From positions 96,001 through 160,000 of the IMG/VR virus record IMGVR_UViG_3300028048_000001: a stretch of 64,000 bases of DNA; one strand, written 5' to 3'. Position numbers and translations under genes: made by a program. Every line of letters begins with the position of its first letter. Within the stretch, counting starts at the first letter, position 1. Shown here in pieces: positions 1-9,349 of the stretch. A model generated the notes under the pieces. The model was given only the letters and a program-made list of their open reading frames with translations, made no database searches and was not told the DNA's origin. The DNA is from a virus. Taxonomy: Duplodnaviria; Caudoviricetes.

Positions 1-85
1 TTATAATATCTTATTAAAAAGACTTTAAGTACTTTAAATAATAATAAAAGTTAACTAAATTATAATAGGAGGAATTATATATATT

Positions 86-919
86 ATGATGAATCCTAAT
101 GTATCACTTATTAAACTTGATGATATTAGAAATAGTGATGGTAAAACTTTTCATATAGGAGAACTTCCAGAAATTGAAGATACTCAAAACTATGATTTAA
201 ATTCTCAAAAGGATCTACAAAGATTTATTAAGGACGTTAAATCTGAAGTTAGAACCTCTTTTGAATATAGAGAATTAGTTAGATATCTAAAAGAATATGG
301 TGGTTTTGATAGATCTGGAATATCACAAAATATTTCAAATTCAGATGATTCTAAAGTTAAGATTGAAATTCATCATACACCATTAACTATTGAAGATATT
401 GTCAGAATTGTCTACGAAAAAAGAAGATTTTATCATGAAGATTTATCTCTTGAATCTGTTGCTAAAGAAGTAATGGAATGTCATTATAAAGGAATAGTTG
501 GATTATATCCATTAACAGCTACAGAGCATGAATTAGTTCACAATGGATATTTATTTATTCCGCCAAAAGATGTATTTGGTAGATATGATTTATTTGTATC
601 AGCTTATGGACAATTTATGGAGCCAGAGGATAAAGAAACTTTAGAAGAAATAGAAGAATTTGGAAAAAATTATGATACAAAATCTCAAAATAAAATTCTT
701 AATCAATCTAATATCTATATAGATTCTGCTGGTGCTTATGATACTCCTAAATTAGATGTAATTAAAGATGTATTTATTAATAGAATAGAAACTATTAAAA
801 ATAATATGTATTCCTTACCGATATTAAGTGAACAATTACAAGAGAAAGAACCTAAAATGAGAGAAGCTATCTGTTTTGTAGATAAAAATGGTAATCGTAT
901 TAATGAACCAGAATCTTAA
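86..919 (+). CDS. Conserved jumbo-phage protein with HNH-like His motifs; paralog of 21511..22302
   Basis: GGAGG RBS; motifs IEIHHTPLTIEDIV and LTATEHELVH match IEMHHNFLTIYDIT and LSETAHQIYH in 21511..22302. Confidence 0.6.
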   Translation: MMNPNVSLIKLDDIRNSDGKTFHIGELPEIEDTQNYDLNSQKDLQRFIKDVKSEVRTSFEYRELVRYLKEYGGFDRSGISQNISNSDDSKVKIEIHHTPLTIEDIVRIVYEKRRFYHEDLSLESVAKEVMECHYKGIVGLYPLTATEHELVHNGYLFIPPKDVFGRYDLFVSAYGQFMEPEDKETLEEIEEFGKNYDTKSQNKILNQSNIYIDSAGAYDTPKLDVIKDVFINRIETIKNNMYSLPILSEQLQEKEPKMREAICFVDKNGNRINEPES

Positions 920-1012
920 TATTAATATTATTTAGTATTAAGATTTGATAACGGGTGCACGGTTATCAAACTTTTACATAATATATTAAATTCAAAAATG
1001 GGAGTTAATACG

Positions 1013-1567
1013 ATGTCTAATAATAACATTATGTATACACTTGAAGAAGATTTTACACCCTCTAGTGCTGTAAATGTTCATTATATGTCTCCTGAAGAGT
1101 TAGAGGGAAAAGAAAAAATTCCTACAGAGATTCCAAAATCTGATGGAAGAGAAATATTTCATGACAATGATGAAGAGAAGAATAGTCAAACAATTTCTAA
1201 ATCTTTAGTTTCTGAGAAAATTGCAAAGCCAGAAACTGATACTATGAATTATAGTTTATCATATCAGAACGATTATACTCCTATTGATGTTATTAATATG
1301 ATGAGAGCTGATCCTTCTAATGTTATGATAACTAGATATAATGATAATAATTATGTCCATTATAATGATATTAAAAATTATATGAATGCATCTGATATTA
1401 GAGATTATGATGTAGCTGCAAAAAATATCATAAATTCAAATGATGATGAATCACTTCATAATAATGGCTTAAAGATTGTTTTAACTAAATCTGAGTTTGA
1501 TGAATGTTCAGAAGAAGATAAAGCTAATCTTGAAGCTGCTAATATAGAATTAGAAATCTACAAATAA
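1013..1567 (+). CDS. Acidic hypothetical protein, possible internal head protein
   Basis: ATG at 1013 follows GGGAG; the C-terminal domain (YVHYNDIKNYM...AKNIINSN) resembles the duplicated domain of the next gene. Confidence 0.55.
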   Translation: MSNNNIMYTLEEDFTPSSAVNVHYMSPEELEGKEKIPTEIPKSDGREIFHDNDEEKNSQTISKSLVSEKIAKPETDTMNYSLSYQNDYTPIDVINMMRADPSNVMITRYNDNNYVHYNDIKNYMNASDIRDYDVAAKNIINSNDDESLHNNGLKIVLTKSEFDECSEEDKANLEAANIELEIYK

Positions 1568-1581
1568 TGAGGTAAACAAAT

Positions 1582-2520
1582 ATGATTAAATATCTTAATG
1601 AAGAAGATATAGAGATGGATGTTCAAGTTGGTCCTAACGATGAGATAGATGTTAGTGCTGATCCTGAAGATGCTGCTCCTACTCAGTCTATTAATCCAGT
1701 TGATATTGCTAAATCTGCTCCAGAAAATATTCCTGTTGCTGTTGTCAAGAGTGATGACGAAAATGATACTGGTAATGAAGAGAAGCTTGAGTTTTATGTT
1801 GATTCTAGAGATGTAGAAAAGTATGCTGATCTTAATGAGTTTACTATGATTGAAGCTCTTAATAGTATTATTCATTGTTATGAAGAGTCTGGAATGAGAG
1901 CTGATAATACTACTGTTATTATTACTGAGTCTACTGCTAAGTATGCTAGAAATATTGAAAAGCATGGCGGAGCATATATGTTCATCAGAGAAGCTGATGA
2001 AGATATTAGTGTTGATGTTCAGGTTGGTCCTAATGGTGAGGACATGCAGGTTGATGCAGATCCTCAGGAAGCCAATCCTGTTGACGCTGTTAAGAGAGAC
2101 TATGGTAATGTAGTAGTTGCTAAACAGGGTGATGAATTCTTTACCGATGTCGAAGATGTTCAGAAATGTGCTGAACTGAATTGTGAATCTGTTATTTCTA
2201 CTCTCAATAACATTATTAAAGTTAACGAGGCAGATTGCGATATCTGTGCACAAAATCTGAATGTTGTTATTACGGAAAATGCATATTTTGATACGTTAGT
2301 TAATTTATATGAATCTAATGTAAATATGGTTTTTATTGATGAAGATAATGCTGTTTCAAGTAAAAAAGAATTAGTTCCTGGAACTAGAACTGCAGCTAGA
2401 GTTACTAAAAAAGGACAAGATCTTAGTAATGCTGGATTAATTAAGCATATTAAGAAAACTTATAATACAGATGATCCAAAAGTTAAAGAATTTCTTGAAA
2501 AACTTAAGAAAGAAAAATAA
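1582..2520 (+). CDS. Acidic protein with internal duplication, possible virion internal protein
   Basis: GAGG RBS; two copies of DVQVGPN..ADP....NPVD and F.D..DV.K.A.LN...LN.II. Confidence 0.6.
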   Translation: MIKYLNEEDIEMDVQVGPNDEIDVSADPEDAAPTQSINPVDIAKSAPENIPVAVVKSDDENDTGNEEKLEFYVDSRDVEKYADLNEFTMIEALNSIIHCYEESGMRADNTTVIITESTAKYARNIEKHGGAYMFIREADEDISVDVQVGPNGEDMQVDADPQEANPVDAVKRDYGNVVVAKQGDEFFTDVEDVQKCAELNCESVISTLNNIIKVNEADCDICAQNLNVVITENAYFDTLVNLYESNVNMVFIDEDNAVSSKKELVPGTRTAARVTKKGQDLSNAGLIKHIKKTYNTDDPKVKEFLEKLKKEK

Positions 2521-2538
2521 TATTATTATATAAATAAA

Positions 2539-2578
2539 AAACAAGTAAGTGATTATTCACTTACTTGTTTTATTTTTT
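2539..2578 (+). terminator. Intrinsic terminator
   Basis: AAACAAGTAAGTGA-tta-TCACTTACTTGTTT hairpin followed by a T-tract. Confidence 0.8.
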
Positions 2579-2581
2579 AAT

Positions 2582-2600
2582 TAAATATTATAATACTGAA
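2582..2600 (+). promoter_or_regulatory. Putative early (virion RNAP) promoter, representative copy
   Basis: TAAATATTATAATACTGAA; near-identical motifs at 6761, 9237, 16087, 18544 (+) and 35040, 57003, 57612 (-). Confidence 0.6.
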
Positions 2601-2629
2601 TAAAAATAAAAGAAAGGATGTGATATAAT

Positions 2630-3319
2630 ATGGCTTTAAATACAAAAGATTTTAGAGAATTGATTAAATTTATTGAGAAAAAAGATGATTATGATATTAT
2701 GAAATTTGAAGATTATACTAATCTTGAGTTTTACTCTGACATTTTTTCCAAAATAGGAAAATTTTGGTATATTTCAAGTAACAATGATGATATTATTGTA
2801 GTTGAACCAACATTATTGTCGGAGGAGTATGATATATGGAATAAAAGAAATCATTCTTTAAAATGTCCATATAGAATCACAAGACAATGGTTAAAAAGTA
2901 TCATTTATATATCTGATAGTGTAAAGCGTAGATATCCAAAACTTAACGAGAAATTAATAGCAAATCAATTATATAAATATTGCAATAGATTCGATTTTAT
3001 ACCATTGAAAGGAATTAATATTTATGATAATAAAGATTGGGTAGATATTTATAATAAATTTTCTAGTATTAATACAGAAATAGAAAAAGATAAAAATTGT
3101 ATGGGATTTTCTAATATTAAAAATGGTAATGCTTATGTAAACATAGATTCTGACTATAGTTTATGGGGTTTATTATGCCATGAAATAAGACATATTGGTC
3201 TTGAATGTAATCCTATATATTATAATATTACAGAAAAAGAAAGAGAAGAAGATTCTGTATTAGAATATGGTAAATTATGTGGATTATCATTCGATTGGGA
3301 TGATAGCTGGATGGACTGA
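2630..3319 (+). CDS. Putative HExxH zinc metalloprotease-like protein
   Basis: LLCHEIRH motif with a downstream EE; RBS AAGGATGTGA; flanked by early motif and terminator. Confidence 0.5.
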   Translation: MALNTKDFRELIKFIEKKDDYDIMKFEDYTNLEFYSDIFSKIGKFWYISSNNDDIIVVEPTLLSEEYDIWNKRNHSLKCPYRITRQWLKSIIYISDSVKRRYPKLNEKLIANQLYKYCNRFDFIPLKGINIYDNKDWVDIYNKFSSINTEIEKDKNCMGFSNIKNGNAYVNIDSDYSLWGLLCHEIRHIGLECNPIYYNITEKEREEDSVLEYGKLCGLSFDWDDSWMD

Positions 3320-3320
3320 T

Positions 3321-3357
3321 AAAATGAAGAAGAGATTTGATCTCTTCTTCATTTTTT
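3321..3357 (+). terminator. Intrinsic terminator
   Basis: AAAATGAAGAAGAGA-tttga-TCTCTTCTTCATTTT. Confidence 0.8.
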
Positions 3358-3430
3358 ATTAAAATTTAAAATCATGTTTTTTTGTTTACTTACTTATTTA
3401 TAATATAATATTATTAAAGGAATTTTAATT

Positions 3431-4186
3431 ATGAGTATTTATTCATATGAAAATACTATTAATTCAATTTTAATTAATGAAAACTGTTATGATATTGATT
3501 ATTATATTACAGAATCTGGAACTAATATTGGTCAAATCTCTGGATTTAGCCAGCTTGCCACATTTATGATTGCTACTGCTAAAAAAGTTGGTGGTAAATT
3601 AACTGGAAAAAAGAATTATACGTCTAAAAGTATAGAATATCAAATTGAGAAACTTAAAAAATTAAGTAATAATATTGATGAAGAACTTGAAGATTTAAAA
3701 AATAATAATTATAAAATTAAACCAAGTTATGTAGCTAAAAACTTTTTTGGATGTTTTATTAGTTTAACAGTAGCAACTTCTATAGAATCTGCTATTTTGG
3801 TTGGATTTAATAAACAAAATGCAAAACTTATAGTTAGACAAAATCTGAATAATAAATATAATATAGCAAAAGAAGCCATTGATAAAGTTTCTAACGGTAA
3901 TACTAATTTTGCTTCTGCTGCAAAACAAGGATTAGATCATGCATATATTGATGCTTTTGACAACAGTATGAAATCAATAGATGCTAGATATAAAGCAGCT
4001 GGAATCACTGCTCAAAAAATAGCATTAGTAATATCTGCTATTATAGCAGCTGGTACCACTATTGCTATTCTTAAAGATTATAAAAAATCTTTAATTGATT
4101 GGAAAAAGAGTGTTGATGAAAATATTAAATTATTAGAAAAAGCACATAAAAAAGCTTTAGAAAAAGAATCTCAAAAATCAAAATAA
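3431..4186 (+). CDS. Hypothetical protein with hydrophobic segments (possible virion/ejection protein)
   Basis: ORF with AAGG RBS; two hydrophobic helices plus coiled-coil segments. Confidence 0.5.
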   Translation: MSIYSYENTINSILINENCYDIDYYITESGTNIGQISGFSQLATFMIATAKKVGGKLTGKKNYTSKSIEYQIEKLKKLSNNIDEELEDLKNNNYKIKPSYVAKNFFGCFISLTVATSIESAILVGFNKQNAKLIVRQNLNNKYNIAKEAIDKVSNGNTNFASAAKQGLDHAYIDAFDNSMKSIDARYKAAGITAQKIALVISAIIAAGTTIAILKDYKKSLIDWKKSVDENIKLLEKAHKKALEKESQKSK

Positions 4187-4206
4187 CTTATAATTTGAGG
4201 TAATAT

Positions 4207-5598
4207 ATGTCTATATTTAGTCCTACTAATTCATGTCAAATAGATTGTTCTAATAATAAATATTTTCAAGAATCTATTGTTGATGATGCTAAAACATATG
4301 TTGGTAATTTAAAGGATTTGTTTGATCAATATAAAAAAATTGCTAATACTTTTACTACACATAAATGGATACAAAGATATATTGATAAAAAAACATTAGA
4401 TCAGATAAAAAAACATTATGATACTATTTGTGATGATAAAGTAAATTATTCTACTTATAAGAGATCTTTCGAATTTATTAGAAAATTTATGGGAATATCA
4501 GGAAATGTTATTATAGAGAATATTGTATTTTCTAATGTTAAAGAAGATAAAGAACTTTTTAAAATTGCTATTAAATATTCCAAAGGATTAGCAAAAATAA
4601 AAATTCCAAAAGGTATAAGATTAGTTCATGTTTCTCCTGTTGGAGGTATTAATGAACTTATTCCTTCTTTTAAATCTAAAACCAAAGGTAAATATTTTTA
4701 CCCTTCTAAAAGATGTTTCTTTACTATTATGAAAGATATTAAAGTTAATCAAGCAGGTCTTGAAAATAAAAAACTTTATAGATATTGTACTGTAAACGAA
4801 TATACAGATGCTTATATAGATCCAACATATAATACATTTGGTGAAAGAGCTATTTATATAGAAACAGATTCACCAATTAAAGTTATGCCTTTTGAAAAGA
4901 AAATGCTTAATTTATTTAAAGAAAATAATATAGAAAATTTATATAATGGAAAATATTTTATAGAAAGAAAAAATATTAATGAATTTTTTTTAGATGATAG
5001 AGAGACAAAAGAAACTATTAAAAGACTTATCCCAAGAGAATCTGTTAGTCAGTCTAAAAACAGTTTTTCTAGTTCTTTAGATAATGAAGAATATAAAGAA
5101 ATAAAAGAAATATTTAATATATTACATAACACAGAAGACTATAAAGAATACAAAAAAGCATTCGAGAAATTGTGCAAATTCTGTCATATTGCTCCAAATG
5201 GAACGATCATTACTAAACATACTATCACTGGAAATGAAGATAGTGGGTATAAATTAGATGTAGAATATTCATATAATAATAAAAAAATCACTTTACCAGA
5301 TGAAGTTGCATTATATCATATGAGTAAAGTGGATCATATTACAGAATTAGAACCTAAATTTAGAGGAAAATCTGAAAGAGGCTATTTATATTATAAACCA
5401 AGAATATATTTTACAATAAAAAGAAATATGAGTAAGATAAGTGCTGATATTAATCCATTTAGTAATTCTAAAACTCATGTTTATATTTCTACTAAAAATA
5501 TTAAAGATGTTTATGTAGATCCATTATTAAATGCTTCTCTTAATGGAGCTGTATATGTTGAAACTTTTTCAAAAATACCAGTAAAGAAATTAAATTAA
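4207..5598 (+). CDS. Protein with two tandem homologous domains, possibly ADP-ribosyltransferase-like fold
   Basis: LVHVS..INELIPSFKSK..YPSKRCFFT..AYIDP..AIYIET repeated as LYHMS..ITELEPKFRGK..YKPRIYFT..VYVDP..AVYVET. Confidence 0.45.
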   Translation: MSIFSPTNSCQIDCSNNKYFQESIVDDAKTYVGNLKDLFDQYKKIANTFTTHKWIQRYIDKKTLDQIKKHYDTICDDKVNYSTYKRSFEFIRKFMGISGNVIIENIVFSNVKEDKELFKIAIKYSKGLAKIKIPKGIRLVHVSPVGGINELIPSFKSKTKGKYFYPSKRCFFTIMKDIKVNQAGLENKKLYRYCTVNEYTDAYIDPTYNTFGERAIYIETDSPIKVMPFEKKMLNLFKENNIENLYNGKYFIERKNINEFFLDDRETKETIKRLIPRESVSQSKNSFSSSLDNEEYKEIKEIFNILHNTEDYKEYKKAFEKLCKFCHIAPNGTIITKHTITGNEDSGYKLDVEYSYNNKKITLPDEVALYHMSKVDHITELEPKFRGKSERGYLYYKPRIYFTIKRNMSKISADINPFSNSKTHVYISTKNIKDVYVDPLLNASLNGAVYVETFSKIPVKKLN

Positions 5599-5678
5599 TA
5601 AAAAGAGAGGAACCTTTGTTCCTCTCTTTTTTCTTCAACATTTCTATAATTCGCAAAGAAAAGAAAGGATTGTATTAA

Positions 5679-6215
5679 ATGAATGATCTCATAAAATTAT
5701 TCACAGAATATTCTTTTGGATCTATTCTGGTTTTTATTTTTCTTATCCTTTCATCTGTAGCTGGAGTTTATAGTGTTTTTACTAAGATTACATCTTTATT
5801 AGAAGTCTATAGGGTAAGACGAAATTCTATTGAAGATAGAGATAAGAAAATAGATGATGCAATCAAACAAGTTGAAGCTATTATAGAAGTTCAAACAGAA
5901 CGGATAAAAAAAGATGAAGACAGAATAGAAGAACTAGAAAAAAACACTAAAACTATTAATGAAAATCTTAATAAATTTAACAAAGCAACATCTAGAAATG
6001 CAGTTTACAAACTTGCTAATGAACTTATTGCTAAACAATGGATGTCTCAATCTGATTATGAATCATTACAAGAATTGTCAGATGTATATATGAAATCTGG
6101 AGATTCTCATTATGTGATTCCTAATATTATTCAAAGAGCTTTAAATCTTCCTGTATTAACAGATGAAGAGATTGAAGCTAAAATGTCAAGACATAGAGCT
6201 GACTTTAAATTATGA
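5679..6215 (+). CDS. Membrane-anchored coiled-coil protein, holin-like/lysis-associated
   Basis: One N-terminal TM helix, a coiled coil, and a C-terminal motif resembling small lysis-region proteins of Firmicute phages. Confidence 0.45.
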   Translation: MNDLIKLFTEYSFGSILVFIFLILSSVAGVYSVFTKITSLLEVYRVRRNSIEDRDKKIDDAIKQVEAIIEVQTERIKKDEDRIEELEKNTKTINENLNKFNKATSRNAVYKLANELIAKQWMSQSDYESLQELSDVYMKSGDSHYVIPNIIQRALNLPVLTDEEIEAKMSRHRADFKL

Positions 6216-6283
6216 TTTACAAAAGGGAGAGATAAGAATCTCTCCCTTTTATTTTGTACTTATTAATAAAATATTTAAGGTAG

Positions 6284-6673
6284 GTGATTTTTATTAGAAT
6301 TTTACTTATTCAAGATGTTCATATTATGCCTACAAATATTAAACAAATATTATCTACCTTTGGAGAACTTATAGTTCTTAATGATGGTATGGAATCTTTA
6401 AATAAAATAACAAATTTTAGTATAAAAAATATTGATATAATATTTATAGATATTATACTTCCTAAATTGTCTGGATTAGATGTTATTAAAAAAATAAGAA
6501 CTTTTGAAAAGAATCAAAATTTGCATAGATCTTATATTGCATTAATGATTCCACCATATTTTTTTAATCTTAATAAAAACGAACTTTTATCTAATGGAAT
6601 TGATAAAATATTTGTTAAACCTATTAAACCTAATTCAATTAAAGATTATCTTAAAGAAATTAATCTAATATAA
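6284..6673 (+). CDS. Stand-alone response regulator receiver (REC) domain protein
   Basis: GTG start after AGGTAGG; DIIFIDIILPKLSGLDV (phosphoacceptor D), G.DKIFVKPI (conserved K-P); no output domain. Confidence 0.75.
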   Translation: MIFIRILLIQDVHIMPTNIKQILSTFGELIVLNDGMESLNKITNFSIKNIDIIFIDIILPKLSGLDVIKKIRTFEKNQNLHRSYIALMIPPYFFNLNKNELLSNGIDKIFVKPIKPNSIKDYLKEINLI

Positions 6674-6789
6674 TTTGTAATTAATATAAGAGAAGATTAA
6701 ATTCTTCCCTTATATTAATTTTTATATTGTATATAACGTAAAACTAAAAACTACTATTATTAGATATTATAATATTGAAAGGTGATAAA

Positions 6790-7491
6790 ATGAAATTAAC
6801 AGATATTTTTAACGATAATTCAGTTTGTATTTTTACAGATTCTAGTTTTAAGAATATGTCAAATGATAAAAATATTGCTGTAGGTATTACAGCACCATCT
6901 ATATGTATTTACATTGGTACAGATATTGTGTATCAAGATTTTTATATATTACATAATTCAACAACTCAACAAGGTGAGTTGTATGCTATATTAATGGGTG
7001 TGATGAAATCTTATTTATATAAAGATTATAAAAATATTAGATTATTTTCAGATTCTCAAGTATCTATATTTGGTATTAGAGATAGAATATTTAAATGGGT
7101 TAGATCTACTAAAGAAGGAAAAAATATTTTAGGAGAAAATGGTTCTATTAAAAACCAAGATTATATAATGGATATAGTATACTATATTTTATATAACAAT
7201 ATTCCTATAGAATTTTATCATGTAAAAGGACATGTAAAAAAATCTTATGATAGTATATTGAAAGCTAAAAATACATTTAAAAATTCAAATAATATTATAG
7301 AAGCTGTAGATGATGCATTAATATATATGATATCAAGTGCTAATAATTATGTAGATAATTATTCTACAGATATGCTTTATAGTAATTTAAATAATTTTAT
7401 TACAAATTTAAAACCAGGAGTTAGTATTGGATATACTGATTTTAATATTAATCAGTATTATAAACTTATTAAAGGAGATTATTGTGAATAA
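6790..7491 (+). CDS. rnhA: Ribonuclease HI
   Basis: FTDSS, QQGELYAI, FSDSQ, HVKGH, NNYVD catalytic motifs; ATG 6790 after GAAAGGTGA. Confidence 0.85.
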   Translation: MKLTDIFNDNSVCIFTDSSFKNMSNDKNIAVGITAPSICIYIGTDIVYQDFYILHNSTTQQGELYAILMGVMKSYLYKDYKNIRLFSDSQVSIFGIRDRIFKWVRSTKEGKNILGENGSIKNQDYIMDIVYYILYNNIPIEFYHVKGHVKKSYDSILKAKNTFKNSNNIIEAVDDALIYMISSANNYVDNYSTDMLYSNLNNFITNLKPGVSIGYTDFNINQYYKLIKGDYCE

Positions 7492-7927
7492 CAATTATAC
7501 GTTAAATTTGATAAACTATAATTTATTATATGAAATAAATCTTCCATCAAAAATAACAGACTATGATTATGATACAAATAACTCTTCAAGAAGATTTATC
7601 AGTACACTTTTACACAAATTATCTTTTTATGATAAAATTACTAATATTAAAATATTAGATTTAAATTTTTCTACAGAAACTTGTTATAATTTAAAGCATG
7701 GATTAATTAAATTAATAGATGATAATTCAAAATCTCCAAAACCATTTTTATTAACAATTCGGGATATATATCTAGATGAGATGTATATACCAAGTGTATT
7801 ATCAATGTTTAAATTGCCAAATAATTATATCCAAATTTCTATATTAAATAATATAAATCAAAAAATATTAATATTTAATAATTATGAAATAAAAGAATTA
7901 ATTAATTTATTAAATATTGAATTTTAA
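7484..7927 (+). CDS. Hypothetical protein
   Basis: GTG at 7484 after AAGGAG, overlapping the RNase H stop. Confidence 0.5.
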   Translation: MNNNYTLNLINYNLLYEINLPSKITDYDYDTNNSSRRFISTLLHKLSFYDKITNIKILDLNFSTETCYNLKHGLIKLIDDNSKSPKPFLLTIRDIYLDEMYIPSVLSMFKLPNNYIQISILNNINQKILIFNNYEIKELINLLNIEF

Positions 7928-7976
7928 ATTCACTTTGAAATAATAAGAATTTTAAATTTTAGAAAGGGAATTAAGT

Positions 7977-8258
7977 ATGGATATAAAAATTGTTGTAGAA
8001 TTTGCTGTTGCAGCTTTAATTGCTATAGGCATATTAGTTGGAATTCTTATTGGTATTCAAGCAGATATGAGCAGAACATTGTATATTATTTTAGACGAAA
8101 ATATTAATATTCGTAAAATTATGATGAAACAATATATTGCTACTAAAATTCTTTTTAAAAATAAATATGAAATTGATATTGATGAATATGAAGAATTATA
8201 TAATTCTTCTATAGATGCTAATTATAAGAATAAAATTTCTAACAATAATGAAATTTAA
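7977..8258 (+). CDS. Small membrane protein
   Basis: N-terminal TM helix; AAGGG RBS. Confidence 0.55.
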   Translation: MDIKIVVEFAVAALIAIGILVGILIGIQADMSRTLYIILDENINIRKIMMKQYIATKILFKNKYEIDIDEYEELYNSSIDANYKNKISNNNEI

Positions 8259-8288
8259 TTTCTTAAAATAATAAGGAGGAAAATAAAA

Positions 8289-9206
8289 ATGATTAATAAA
8301 ATTAAACCTATTCATGCACAAGATTGTAACTGTGAAAATTGTAAAAATAATATAGTAATGGTACCTATTGATGTTAATTCTCTTTCTGATTCTGATAGAG
8401 AGATAATAGATAATTACATGACTAAAAATAATAATAATATAGTTTCAAATACAAATATTGATATACCTAGACCAGCTATTAGATATGATGGTTTTAATGT
8501 TTATACAAATAATGGTATCGTAAATATTCCATCGAATGTTTACAATGTTTTTTCATCATTGGGTGTTAGTATTACAGATTTAATTTCTCATGATGTTAAT
8601 AGTGATACGTTTAATTTTGATATGAATACATTAGAACTTGTTGTATCTACAAATATGTGTATATGTATTGATAATTTTATTTTAACCTTAGATAATTTGT
8701 ATTCTGTTGCTATTGAGAATATTAATAATAAATTTAAAACATATTTTATTGATAAAATATTATCAGAAATGACAGCAGAAGAAGATTATTATAATATGGA
8801 TAGCAGTATAAAGAATTTCGAATTTCGTCCATACTACCATTTCATTAATAGAACAGATCTGTCTAAAGCTATTAGTACATATATTTCAATAGGGCCTAAG
8901 GCTAGAGAAAATATGTATGATAATATAATGTCTTTTTCTATCGCTTATATAAATAAATCTGGTTTATCGATTTATAATAATCTTAGAAACGAACTTACTT
9001 CATTTTGTGAAATTAAAGAAGTTACTAAAAATGGAAATGATATTGTAAAAGATATGTTTTCGTTTATAGAAAAAGAGTTTTCTAATATAATGATATCATT
9101 TACAAGTGAAGCTGCAATATTTTCTAATAATATTGTAGAAAATTTTGATATTTTATTTAATCCTGAAAAATATATTGCTAAATATTTACAAATTGAAAAT
9201 TCTTAA
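8289..9206 (+). CDS. Hypothetical protein with N-terminal HxxxCxCxxC metal-binding motif
   Basis: AGGAGG RBS; HAQDCNCENC. Confidence 0.6.
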   Translation: MINKIKPIHAQDCNCENCKNNIVMVPIDVNSLSDSDREIIDNYMTKNNNNIVSNTNIDIPRPAIRYDGFNVYTNNGIVNIPSNVYNVFSSLGVSITDLISHDVNSDTFNFDMNTLELVVSTNMCICIDNFILTLDNLYSVAIENINNKFKTYFIDKILSEMTAEEDYYNMDSSIKNFEFRPYYHFINRTDLSKAISTYISIGPKARENMYDNIMSFSIAYINKSGLSIYNNLRNELTSFCEIKEVTKNGNDIVKDMFSFIEKEFSNIMISFTSEAAIFSNNIVENFDILFNPEKYIAKYLQIENS

Positions 9207-9349
9207 TTTGAATGTAAAAGTAAATTCGTAATTAAATAAATATTATAATTATGAATTATATAGAATGGAGGTTAATATTTAAAATTTATATTCAAATTAA
9301 CTCTCTTCTAAAGAGAGAAATGAAGATTTTATAAAAGGAGAAAATAATA

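Noticed and set aside
1558-2253. Antisense or alternate-frame ORFs such as 1558..2253, 9329..9610, 10139..10528, 11664..12383, 14663..15076, 26696..27076, 54494..54877 and 55543..55863
   Set aside because: Fully overlap better-supported genes and lack RBSs or recognisable motifs
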